Assembly: GCA_024239015.1 (NCBI GenBank)
Contig: JANBVM010000001.1
Span: forward strand, 1-60,850
Direction of reading: 5' to 3'
From: Patescibacteria group bacterium
GTDB taxonomy: Bacteria; Patescibacteriota; Minisyncoccia; Minisyncoccales; JANBVM01
Length of the DNA stretch: 60,850 nucleotides
Below, in pieces: positions 46,098 to 55,346 of this stretch (the first letter of the stretch is position 1; each line of letters begins with the position of its first letter). Below the pieces are notes generated by a model. That model did no database searches, had not been told where the DNA came from, and worked only from the letters and a program-made list of their open reading frames with translations. Position numbers and translations under genes: made by a program.

Positions 46098-47003
46098 ATG
46101 AGTCTTATAAAAGATTATTCAGGACCGAAAAGGTATAAACTATTTAAAGTTACATTAGAAGTTTTTGATAAACTGGGAGGTTCTGGAAGAATTGATGAAA
46201 TTCATGAGAAAATTATTGATCTTCTCAATTTAACAGAGGAAATTATTGATTATCCACACGGAGATAGTGGTAGAAGTTATCAAACGGAGCTTGAATATCA
46301 GTTAGCATGGGTAAGAACGATGTTAAAGCATCTGGGTTTAATAAACAATACAAAACAAGGTGTTTGGGTATTAACACAAAAAGCAAAGGAAAGTGATTGG
46401 GACAATAATTACATTGCAGAAAAATATAGAGAATACCTAAAAAATGAAAAAGAAAAGAAACAAAAATCAAAAAATGGAATGGATACTGTAGTCACTCATG
46501 ATCCTGAATTTATAGAAGATATATATGAAGATGAAAAGGAATTAAATTGGAAGCAAAAATTGAAAAACACTCTTACTACTATGAATCCTTATGATTTTGA
46601 AAAACTTACTCAAATTATCCTTAGAGAATGTGGATTTATGGAAGTCGAAATAACAAAAAAGAGTGGAGATGGTGGTCTTGACGGTAAGGGAATATTCCGC
46701 CTTAATAACTTAGTTAGCATCCCTGTAATTTTTGAATGCAAAATATATAAAGACCCTGTCGGAGCAGATAAAATCAGGAATTTTAGAGGAGCAATGCAGG
46801 GAAGAGCAAACAAAGGTTTATTTTTAGCCACAAGTACATTCACAAGAGCTGCAAAAGAGGAGGCAGCTCGAGAAGGAGCTGATTTAATAAATCTTTTAGA
46901 TGGTGAAAAAGTTATAGATCTTCTTAAAGAACTTGAACTCGGTGTTTCGGTGAAAATGGTTGAAAAAGTGGAAATTGATCAGGAATGGTTTGAAAATCTT
47001 TAA
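46098..47003 (+). CDS. mrr: Mrr-family restriction endonuclease (Mrr_N winged helix + Mrr_cat)
   Basis: 301 aa. YDFEKLTQIILRECGFMEVEITKKSGDGGLDGKGIF...IPVIFECKIYKDPVGADKIRNFRGAM...KGLFLATSTFT is the canonical Mrr catalytic core. Confidence 0.85.
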   Translation: MSLIKDYSGPKRYKLFKVTLEVFDKLGGSGRIDEIHEKIIDLLNLTEEIIDYPHGDSGRSYQTELEYQLAWVRTMLKHLGLINNTKQGVWVLTQKAKESDWDNNYIAEKYREYLKNEKEKKQKSKNGMDTVVTHDPEFIEDIYEDEKELNWKQKLKNTLTTMNPYDFEKLTQIILRECGFMEVEITKKSGDGGLDGKGIFRLNNLVSIPVIFECKIYKDPVGADKIRNFRGAMQGRANKGLFLATSTFTRAAKEEAAREGADLINLLDGEKVIDLLKELELGVSVKMVEKVEIDQEWFENL

Positions 47004-47089
47004 TTGATTTAATTATAAATATAGGACAAATAATTTTCTTTAAAATTCTTCATTCTATTGATAGAAACATATATCAATTAAAATCATTT

Positions 47090-48079
47090 TTAGAAAAATT
47101 CTATAACTTTACTCAAAAACATTTCCATTCTTTCCTTTTCAGCCAAACAATCTATCCAATCTTTTGGAATAATGGACGTTCCATAGAAAGCTCCGAGAAT
47201 GCTTCCAGCAATACAGGCGACGCTATCGCTATCGCCATCATGGTTAACAGAAACGCGAAGGCACGATTTTAAATCGTTGGCATACTGAATTGCAGAATAA
47301 AGGGCCATAGCAAAAGCCTCTTCTCCGACCCATCCCTGCCCAATATAAGTAAGCGCTTCTAAATCCGATCCAAAAGCTCCACCTTTCCGCTGAGTAAGGC
47401 TCGTTTTTAATCGTTGCATCGCATTTTCAAAATCGGAATGAAGGTGATTGCAATATTTTTCAATGGGATTTATCATTTTATCGGGGTGCATTCCATTAAT
47501 TGCAAGAGCAACAGCATATGATCCTGCGAGAGCTGCTGCTGTTGCTGCCTTATGACCATGAGTAATCTCAGATTGTATCATGGAAACATTAAATAATAGT
47601 TTATGATGAGGTCCATCTATTAAAGGTAATTCCGGTGTTAAAGAATTTGCGAACCAAATCCCTAATGGCGCTGCGCGCATAACAGTTCCACACCCTTTTG
47701 AATCATTAACACCAGATAATTTCCACTTCTTTGCTCCATTTACTTTCAAAAAATTAACAGCATGAGTAGTTGTACGTCCCGGTGAATACCCGGGGTTATT
47801 TAACCAATTAATGAATTCTTCAGCGAAATTCCTGCCGATTGTATCATCAATTAAATCTTTAATTTGTTTTACTTCTCCTAAACGTAATAAAGAGTTAGTA
47901 ACAGCAATCGTCATCTCGGTATCATCTGTCCAAATAGCATTTTTCTCTGGATTTAGAATTCCATCTTCTCCATAAATATCTCGAATTGCTTCGATTGAAT
48001 GGAACTCAACCGGCATCCCTAGAGCATCGCCTAGCGCTAAGCCCCAATAACAACCCAGAATTTTGTCTTTTGTCAACAT
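47090..48079 (-). CDS. ADP-ribosylglycohydrolase (ARH/DraG family)
   Basis: 329 aa. GCYWGLALGDALGMPVEF, WTDDTEM and GDSDSVACIAGSILGAFYG are ARH hallmarks. Hand counts give about 38-47% G+C. Confidence 0.85.
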   Translation of the reverse strand: MLTKDKILGCYWGLALGDALGMPVEFHSIEAIRDIYGEDGILNPEKNAIWTDDTEMTIAVTNSLLRLGEVKQIKDLIDDTIGRNFAEEFINWLNNPGYSPGRTTTHAVNFLKVNGAKKWKLSGVNDSKGCGTVMRAAPLGIWFANSLTPELPLIDGPHHKLLFNVSMIQSEITHGHKAATAAALAGSYAVALAINGMHPDKMINPIEKYCNHLHSDFENAMQRLKTSLTQRKGGAFGSDLEALTYIGQGWVGEEAFAMALYSAIQYANDLKSCLRVSVNHDGDSDSVACIAGSILGAFYGTSIIPKDWIDCLAEKERMEMFLSKVIEFF

Positions 48080-48346
48080 GATAAAATCTCAAATAATAGG
48101 TAGAAATAATATAATTTAAACCTGTTCTAAATCCATTTCTATTTAAAATTAGTATTTATTTATGAGGGAAGAAACAGATAAATTTGATATATATACATAT
48201 TTATACCTAAAATAAAAGTCGGATTGTTCGGAAAACACAGAGGAAAACGCTCAAGGCATCATTTTTTTCATATTTCGATAAAATCCTGTAGACATACTTC
48301 TATCTCTATTAGAATAGAGATGCGTAGATAAAAGTTAATGTAAATA

Positions 48347-48540
48347 TATGCATACTTTTTTCCAGTACGTATATTTTTCATTTCAATTGAGAAAGAATGC
48401 CTAATTCGGGATTTTATAATTGAATTCGACTAAGTATAGATAATATGAATATCTGTATTTTATAGTATTTTCCCTGGGAAATCAAATTGAGTAGCATAAA
48501 TATTTATATATAAATATCAAAATTAGATTTAGTTAAAATT
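48347..48540 (+). repeat. 194-bp direct repeat, copy 1 (partner 49458..49651, offset 1111 nt)
   Basis: TATGCATACTTTTTTCCAGTACGTATATTTTTCATTTCAATTGAGAAAGAATGCC... matches TATGTATAATTTTTTCCAGAATGCACATTTTTCATTTCAATTGAGAGAGAATGCC..., and homology continues through ...TATTTTCCCTGGGAAATCAAATTGAGTAG...TAAATATCAAAATT. About 88% identity by eye. Confidence 0.85.
48469..48481. promoter_or_regulatory. 6+1+6 palindrome TTTCCCTGGGAAA inside repeat copy 1
   Basis: A G/C-containing palindrome conserved in both repeat copies, standing out from an A/T-rich background. Candidate operator. Confidence 0.35.
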
Positions 48541-48691
48541 ATTAAAGGTGTCCCGTAGAGGCATTATTTTCTTCAGAATTGGATATGGAAAAATAGCTTC
48601 ACTGATATAAATACAAAGTATAAATAGTATGAATATTGATATGCATACCTTAATTTTTAATTAAATTGATTTAAATTAGAATTTAAATTAT

Positions 48692-49363
48692 CTAAGATGT
48701 TAAATTATCCATTAATCTTTTAAATTCATCTTCATGAATCTTTATAGAATTTAAAACTTCCTCTATAGGTTTTTCATAAATGTTGGGATGTATTTCAGAA
48801 GTTAAAGTATACACTTCTACATTCTCAAGTTTGAGATTCTTAACATTTTGAAGGTGATTGTCTATTTTTTCTTTTGAAATATTTTCTCTATTAATCACAA
48901 CTATGTGAAAAATTAAATTATCTGATATCTTTAAAATCTTCTCTAGTTTAGTTATACCATCAGGATTTAAAATTTGAATTTTTCCAGATTTCCCTTTAAT
49001 TTTTTTTAATTCTTCATTTTTATTCCTACAAAATTCGGTAATCTTATCTCTCATCCATCCAAAATCAGTTTTTATATCAATAATATGCTCAATAACATTA
49101 TTTTTTACAATAACTGTATCAGGTCTTATGGTTTTAATTCCTTTACTAAAAGTAATATTATGATCAGTAAATAAATCGTAATCCTCAGTTAAATTAACAG
49201 CTAAGAAATAACTAAGTAAATCCTCTGTTAATCCTGAGATTGTTCTGCTAAGACCTCTCTTTATGCTGGGATGATAAAACCTCGGTTTTCTAGCTTCTCT
49301 ATAAAGTTCAATAACTTTGCGGATAAATTCCCGAGGTTCCATTTTAAAATAATATTTTTCCAT
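48692..49363 (-). CDS. hypothetical protein, possible PD-(D/E)xK nuclease
   Basis: 223 aa. TIRPDTVIVKNNVIEHIIDIKTDFGW has P-D ... D-x-K spacing typical of restriction-endonuclease-like cores. No partner methylase is adjacent. Confidence 0.4.
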   Translation of the reverse strand: MEKYYFKMEPREFIRKVIELYREARKPRFYHPSIKRGLSRTISGLTEDLLSYFLAVNLTEDYDLFTDHNITFSKGIKTIRPDTVIVKNNVIEHIIDIKTDFGWMRDKITEFCRNKNEELKKIKGKSGKIQILNPDGITKLEKILKISDNLIFHIVVINRENISKEKIDNHLQNVKNLKLENVEVYTLTSEIHPNIYEKPIEEVLNSIKIHEDEFKRLMDNLTS

Positions 49364-49457
49364 AGACTTTCATCTTTAAATTTTGTTATTAGATTTATTA
49401 TACAAGATTGTATAATATTCCAATATAAGTTTGTATTTATATAATTTCTTACCCGAG

Positions 49458-49651
49458 TATGTATAATTTTTTCCAGAATGCACATTTTTCATTTCAATTG
49501 AGAGAGAATGCCGAATTTGGGATTTTATAATTGAATTCTATTAGCTATAGATAGTATGATTATCTGTATTTTATAGTATTTTCCCTGGGAAATCAAATTG
49601 AGTAGTAAAAATATTTATATATAAATATCAAAATTGAAATTAGTCAAATTG
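49458..49651 (+). repeat. 194-bp direct repeat, copy 2
   Basis: See 48347..48540. Its last 18 nt are the first codons (TTG start) of 49634..50308. Confidence 0.85.
49580..49592. promoter_or_regulatory. 6+1+6 palindrome TTTCCCTGGGAAA inside repeat copy 2
   Basis: Same sequence as 48469..48481. It lies about 45 nt upstream of the 49634 start. Confidence 0.35.
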
Positions 49652-50308
49652 AATCCTGAGGATTATTTCAAAAATACACTTTTTTTTAATGAAAAAACAT
49701 CGATATCAATAGAAATTGTAAAACATTTGAAGAGGCAAAAAGAATACATTAAGACTTTTAAATATCCAACGAAGTGCAAACCTATTTTTAATGGAAGTGG
49801 GTGTAATCTCTTATTTTGTAAGAAATTATATGATTTTATTATATTAAATAAATTTTCTTCAAAAATTAATGGTTATAATATAGAGCAATTTTTATATTCT
49901 AAAGAATTTGAAGAAATTAATAAATGGATTTATACACACCATCCCGAATTTTCAGATTTAGATAAAGATTATTTTGAGATATTAAATATCTGGATTAATC
50001 GAAGTGCTTTTAATTATGCGGCGCTTTATAAGTATTGTAATTACAATGATAAGATGTTCTTCAAGACAATAAGAGTCTTAAATAATAAAATAAGATATAT
50101 ATTCCCTTGGATTTGGTCGTTAATTATAAAATTATTAATAATTCAAAATCATAAACTTAAAAGATTCGAGCAATTATCATATTATATAAAATATGGCTTG
50201 AATTCAGAGGAGAAGTTTATAAATTATATATATGAAAGTTTAAGGGATATGGTTATTAAAGAAAAACCAATAACCAAGGATTTAATAAGAAATTTAGTAA
50301 AAATATAG
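49634..50308 (+). CDS. hypothetical protein
   Basis: 224 aa, TTG start. No motif recognised. Its 3' end overlaps 50256..50846 convergently by 53 nt. Confidence 0.4.
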   Translation: MKLVKLNPEDYFKNTLFFNEKTSISIEIVKHLKRQKEYIKTFKYPTKCKPIFNGSGCNLLFCKKLYDFIILNKFSSKINGYNIEQFLYSKEFEEINKWIYTHHPEFSDLDKDYFEILNIWINRSAFNYAALYKYCNYNDKMFFKTIRVLNNKIRYIFPWIWSLIIKLLIIQNHKLKRFEQLSYYIKYGLNSEEKFINYIYESLRDMVIKEKPITKDLIRNLVKI

Positions 50309-50846
50309 AATTATCTAGTGAATGAATTATGTTTTTTTCTGTATAATCCTCATCGTAGATCTCTGAGGTTCCAGTAACCTCATTCAATTTTTCCAACTTA
50401 GGCAATCGTTCACCACATTTAGAACAAAACTGAATATGCGGCGAACAAAGAAAGCTACAATGGGGGCAAGGTACTTTTACGACTTTGTACTTAAAAAGGC
50501 TTTCTGGAGCCTTTACTTCCTTTGGCACACCCATCATCTCTGCTTTCAGGCTTAAAAGTTCTTCATATTTCCTTTTATCTAAGTATCCTTTATCTTCATA
50601 AATGCTGAATATTGCAGTTAAATTTTCATTCCCAGTTGAAAATTCTTCAAAAAATTCAATTTCGGAGGTATTTAATAAAGTATCGCCTTGTTCTTCTGCT
50701 TGATTAATGTAAAGGTGGAACCAGTAATATTGATTATTAGATAAATACTGTTTTAATTTGTAATGGAGCAGGAAGGAAGCGAAAAATTCATGGTGTTTGG
50801 CAAACGCTTCTAACCACTGGATTTCACTGTCAGTTAATTCTTTCAT
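50256..50846 (-). CDS. zinc-ribbon protein sharing the N-terminal domain of 21757..23178
   Basis: 196 aa. MKELTDSEIQWLEAFAKHHEFF...AEEQG...IYEDKGYLD aligns without gaps to MKELSEEEEQWLEVFAKYNPFF...AEEEG...IYEEDGFLD. This is followed by CPHC-x11-CSKC. It lies 19 nt downstream of the HD-GHKL gene. Confidence 0.55.
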   Translation of the reverse strand: MKELTDSEIQWLEAFAKHHEFFASFLLHYKLKQYLSNNQYYWFHLYINQAEEQGDTLLNTSEIEFFEEFSTGNENLTAIFSIYEDKGYLDKRKYEELLSLKAEMMGVPKEVKAPESLFKYKVVKVPCPHCSFLCSPHIQFCSKCGERLPKLEKLNEVTGTSEIYDEDYTEKNIIHSLDNSIFLLNFLLNPWLLVFL

Positions 50847-50865
50847 TGATTGATAAGTCTAATTT

Positions 50866-53562
50866 TTAAATTAATAGACTATTAAATGGAAGATCCTCTA
50901 ATTTTAAATTATATTCAACATCTGATATCTCATTCAATTTATTTATTATTATATGTAGCTGATCCTCATATTCTTCTCTTCGAATCCCCATAAATGGATG
51001 TTTAAAAAGTATGTCTGTCATAGATTTTATTAAGACTTTGAATGAATCAAATATCATATTAAGATTCTCAATATTCTTTGGATTATTTAATAATGCTTTG
51101 TTATATTGATGGTTTTTATTAAATAGAACACCTACTTCAGGCACAACATTAGGAAGTATCATAAAAAGAACATCATTATCATCAAAGTCAACCATTTTAT
51201 ATATATTGAATATTTTTTTATAAGAATCATACTTTTCACTTAAATCAATTTTAATCATTGGTCCAAATTCAGATTGGAAAATTATCATTTTATATCTCTT
51301 TCTAAACAGATACTCTAGAATTAATAAATTGATATATATCGGGACAATAACAATAGGATCTATTCCAGATTCCCCTAAATCAACAAGTTCAATCTCATAC
51401 CATGGTAATGGAAGAAGAAAGTTTACTATTTTATTTCTTGAAATTACATCTTTTAAGGTTTTTTGTTCTATTTTATTTTTTGAAAACATGGTTAAAACAA
51501 TCAATTTTTCAAATAATTCATGATATTTTATAGTCCTAGTGTCTGAATAATAACTTTTTCCTCTAAATATATTAGTGAAAAATAATTTGGATAATTCCCC
51601 AACGTTGATTAGACCTTTTTCATTCTCAAAATTCCCTAGTTTAATAAATATAGCTTTAATAATTTCAATTTCAAAATCCTCCAAAAGAGAGTAAATCTTA
51701 TTTTTATTAATTATTTCCATTCTATTAAGACTTAATTCAAGATCATCAAAGACATTAATTTTTCCGAAAAGAAATTTCAAATTTCTACTACTTATCTTTT
51801 GTACGAAAATGCCCTTATTATATACTTCGATAAGATTATCTGGAACATCATCTTTTAAACATTGATTGATATTTCTACAAATTCTTTCTTTAGGATTAAT
51901 ACAAACGGCAATTCCTATTACTCCTCTAATATTTTTTAATTTGATTTCAGTGGAAATTATGGAATAATCGTTTAATTTTTCTATTTCTGTTAATTTGATA
52001 TATTGTTTTACATCTTCTTCTAAATTCATATTATATTGTTCCCTATTAATAATTTCAATCGTTCCGTTTTGGGAATTAATAATTTCTATTGGAAATTCAA
52101 CATCTTTAACATGTTTTTGAATATGTTTAATTAACTCTTTATAAGATAATTCTTCTTTTACTTCATTGCTTAAAATAAAAGTGATTTCTGTTCCTTCATT
52201 TTCAAGGCTAGAGTCATTATAAAAATAAAAATATGTTTTAAGGTTTGGATTTTTGTCAACTCTAAATCTTATTGTCTCTTTATTTTCCATTTTTGTTTCT
52301 ATTTCAAAAAAATCACTGATCATAAAATAGGAGAATACCCCAATTCCAAAAATAGATATTAAACTATTATTAATGGAAATCTCTTCACGATAAAATGATT
52401 TACCAAGTTTCCCAAAATAATTTTTCAAAATGAATAAATCCATACCACCTCCATTATCTTTTATTTTTACTTTATCATTACTATAAAATATTTCAATTTT
52501 GGGCTCAAAATCTTCATCTAACATTTTTTTATATTTACATGTGTCTATTGCATTTTGAATTGCTTCTCGTAAAGCGATATATTTATCTTGATAAAGATTT
52601 TTGCTAATAAAATATTGAAAGATATTATTTACATCGATTGTGAATCCTATTGGAATAGGTTGAAAATTAATAGGTTTAATATTTCTTCTTAATTTTCTCC
52701 AATGAAAAATGTATTCTTGATTACCTGTATTGCCTAAATTATATATTATTTCATAACAGTATTCAATTACGTTATCTATCTTATCAAATTGTTCATTTAA
52801 TGCGTTATATACTAACTGACTTTCTGTTTCACCAGTTATGATGATAACATCTCCATTATAATTAACCTGATGAGTAGATAAATGCTTTTCCCATTCTAAT
52901 TTTCCTCTGTCATCATCTGGTTTAAAAAATTTAATAATTAAATCAGGCAAACGTTTCTTAGATAAATCTAATTCATCAGCTAATCGTAAAATACAGCTTA
53001 GAAATGGCAAACAAATATAAGAATCTGTTTGATCTCTCAAAAAAAACTTTGTTGGATAATTTTTAATTTCCAATCTCCTATGGGCTTTGGAAACTAATGC
53101 TATTGCTTCAGCATAGTCTTCATTTATAATTTGCAATTCTGTGTTCCAATGTTTTTTAATAAAAGAAAAACTTAATTCATGGTGAATTTCTCTTATGAAA
53201 TCTACTTTTTTTGCATTTTTATTCTTAATTCTAAATTTATTATACTCTTCTCCATCTGCATATTTTAAAAGTTCTTCTGGGGGAATACACATTCCAATAT
53301 CATGTAAAATGCAAGCAGAAAGTAAAATATAAATTTCATCAGCATTTAACTTATCCGGTCCATCTTTAACTAATAGTGAAACTATATTTGCTACCATAAG
53401 TGAATGATCTATTGAATGATCTGTAAAAGTAGGAAAATTTACTACATACTTTTCTAGAAGTTTTCCCGCTTTTAATTTAATATTAGTGAAGGATACAAAA
53501 AGTTCTAAATCAAGATCTTTCAATTTTTTTTCTAGATCATTCTCAACCTTAATTGCATTCAT
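50866..53562 (-). CDS. HD-domain + GHKL (HATPase_c/MORC-Hsp90-like) ATPase fusion protein
   Basis: 898 aa. HD: FTDHSIDHSLMVANIV...ACILHDIGM...ADELD. GHKL: REAIQNAIDT (N box), DNGGGMD (G1) and GKLGKSF...FGIGVFSYF (G2). About 450 aa of the C-terminal region are unassigned. Confidence 0.65.
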   Translation of the reverse strand: MNAIKVENDLEKKLKDLDLELFVSFTNIKLKAGKLLEKYVVNFPTFTDHSIDHSLMVANIVSLLVKDGPDKLNADEIYILLSACILHDIGMCIPPEELLKYADGEEYNKFRIKNKNAKKVDFIREIHHELSFSFIKKHWNTELQIINEDYAEAIALVSKAHRRLEIKNYPTKFFLRDQTDSYICLPFLSCILRLADELDLSKKRLPDLIIKFFKPDDDRGKLEWEKHLSTHQVNYNGDVIIITGETESQLVYNALNEQFDKIDNVIEYCYEIIYNLGNTGNQEYIFHWRKLRRNIKPINFQPIPIGFTIDVNNIFQYFISKNLYQDKYIALREAIQNAIDTCKYKKMLDEDFEPKIEIFYSNDKVKIKDNGGGMDLFILKNYFGKLGKSFYREEISINNSLISIFGIGVFSYFMISDFFEIETKMENKETIRFRVDKNPNLKTYFYFYNDSSLENEGTEITFILSNEVKEELSYKELIKHIQKHVKDVEFPIEIINSQNGTIEIINREQYNMNLEEDVKQYIKLTEIEKLNDYSIISTEIKLKNIRGVIGIAVCINPKERICRNINQCLKDDVPDNLIEVYNKGIFVQKISSRNLKFLFGKINVFDDLELSLNRMEIINKNKIYSLLEDFEIEIIKAIFIKLGNFENEKGLINVGELSKLFFTNIFRGKSYYSDTRTIKYHELFEKLIVLTMFSKNKIEQKTLKDVISRNKIVNFLLPLPWYEIELVDLGESGIDPIVIVPIYINLLILEYLFRKRYKMIIFQSEFGPMIKIDLSEKYDSYKKIFNIYKMVDFDDNDVLFMILPNVVPEVGVLFNKNHQYNKALLNNPKNIENLNMIFDSFKVLIKSMTDILFKHPFMGIRREEYEDQLHIIINKLNEISDVEYNLKLEDLPFNSLLI

Positions 53563-53994
53563 CTTCTATTTGAAATACTATATTTGGATTTTTGTAATAA
53601 AATAAGATTTTATAATATTTTAATGCATGTTTAATTCTCTAATGTAATTCAAATCCTTTAGAATCATTATTCCATTATAAGTTCGACCCTAATAATAGAG
53701 GGTGGGCTTAAGCAAAATTATAATTTTTTACAAAATTAGAAAAAAATTTTATAAAAGTAAACAGAAATAGTGATTATGGAAGAACCAAAGGAAATTGATC
53801 CGTCAAAGGAAGAATCAGATAAACAGTCAAGATCCAATAGACCATTATCTGAAGAATAATCAAACTAGATTCAGTGGAACGAAAAATATAAATTTTTTAT
53901 TTAAGGTCCTTTTATTAGGAGACCCTAAATCATATCAATTAATAGGTATATAAATATTTTGTATTAAAGAATTCTATAAATAAGTTATTAATCC

Positions 53995-55170
53995 TTAAAT
54001 CAAAATTTCTTTTCCCAGAATCCACACATCGTTTTCAACGTCAAGTTCTTCAGTTTTCTTATAAAAGGTCCTATTTTCTTGGCTTAAGACACCCAAATGT
54101 ACCAAGTGCCGTTTAAACGCGAAGAAGAAATTATAGTGCCCGAAGTCTGAGATTGTCTTTTTATAATTATCCATTAAGGCTTCTCTATTTCCGGATAAGA
54201 ACATGGATATAACTTTATCCTTTGCCGTTGGCTTAACAAAAAAATTCAAAAAGAGGTTAGGGTGCTCCAAGATCAATATATCTATTATTTCTTTCGAACT
54301 GACTTCGGTTTTATCAAAACTTTGAAGGATTGAGACGAACTGTTTAAAATCTGGATTTTGAAAATATATAAGCTGTAGAAATTTGGCGAGAGATGGGAAT
54401 TCTGAGTACACACACTTGTTTCTCTGAGTTTGATTTAACCTTTCCTGTAATTTAGAGATGGAATCTATACCAATCGAAATAAAATGTTCTAAGCAGAATT
54501 GACCAATTATAGACAAATTATAACCATTTTCATTTAAATCTAAAATTCCAATCGTATTTGCTCCACCAATAAGTTCACTGTAAGCCTTATTACTCCAATC
54601 GACCTGTTCAAAGTTGCTTATCAATTCCTTTTTTGTTCTTGATTTAGTCTCCCGACCTTGAAACAAGAAAAGCGGAGCGAAATAGTTAATGATGTGAGTC
54701 CGACCAAATGACGAGAAACTTCTATTTTTCTTTTTCTGATGCTGGAGTACGGTTAATTCATTTTTGACATCATCTAGGAAAATCGGGGATATATTATAAA
54801 GAGGGTTAATGACTTCCACACTTGAACCAGATTCATCTACCGAAATTAATCCTAATCCCGAAGATAGTGCGATGTTAGAAATTTTATTTAAAAAGCTATT
54901 TATCCCTCCTATATAAGATAGATGTACTCCAGATTTGTAAGTTAGAGCTTGACCTATTGCTTTTTTATAATCGGTGAGACCTTTTACTTCCACGGCAAAA
55001 ATTTGCTTAACATTATTTAATCCAAAAATATCAGGGCGAGCACCACTGATTAGTAAACAATGCTTTTGAAAGCGTAAATCTTTATGAATAGGATGATCAT
55101 CAATCCAAAATTGCCAGCTTTCATGTTGTAAGTGTTCACAAATTCGGGATACGACTTCCGCTTCATTCAC
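53995..55170 (-). CDS. hypothetical protein with N-terminal PD-(D/E)xK-like domain
   Basis: 391 aa. EAEVVSRICEHL...GARPDIFGLNNVKQIFAVEVKGLTDYKKAIGQALTY gives the E...PD...E-x-K...Q order of restriction-endonuclease-like folds. Confidence 0.45.
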   Translation of the reverse strand: MNEAEVVSRICEHLQHESWQFWIDDHPIHKDLRFQKHCLLISGARPDIFGLNNVKQIFAVEVKGLTDYKKAIGQALTYKSGVHLSYIGGINSFLNKISNIALSSGLGLISVDESGSSVEVINPLYNISPIFLDDVKNELTVLQHQKKKNRSFSSFGRTHIINYFAPLFLFQGRETKSRTKKELISNFEQVDWSNKAYSELIGGANTIGILDLNENGYNLSIIGQFCLEHFISIGIDSISKLQERLNQTQRNKCVYSEFPSLAKFLQLIYFQNPDFKQFVSILQSFDKTEVSSKEIIDILILEHPNLFLNFFVKPTAKDKVISMFLSGNREALMDNYKKTISDFGHYNFFFAFKRHLVHLGVLSQENRTFYKKTEELDVENDVWILGKEILI

Positions 55171-55346
55171 ATGATTTTATAGGTTCTCTTTTATTTAAGG
55201 TTTTTTTATGATTATTTATTATTTAACATTAAATTTGCAAAAGATTATTTTTACTCAAGTGTCGAAAAAATTCAATACACAAAACAAATACAGCTACTTC
55301 TTCGTGAAAGTTTTTTAGTATTTCTTATTATTATACATAGAATGAA

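Noticed and set aside
48302-48321. Perfect 9+2+9 A/T-rich palindromes: ATCTCTATTAGAATAGAGAT here and ATTATACAAGATTGTATAAT at 49397-49416
   Set aside because: By rough estimate, a few such palindromes are expected by chance in 60 kb of ~27% G+C DNA. The two are not related in sequence. They may be operators, but they are not distinguishable from background.
53685-53725. GTTCGACCC...GGGTGGGC stretch that at first looked like a tRNA T-arm fragment or att site
   Set aside because: The flanking bases do not pair into a T-stem, and no acceptor or anticodon arm can be drawn. It is probably a chance match.
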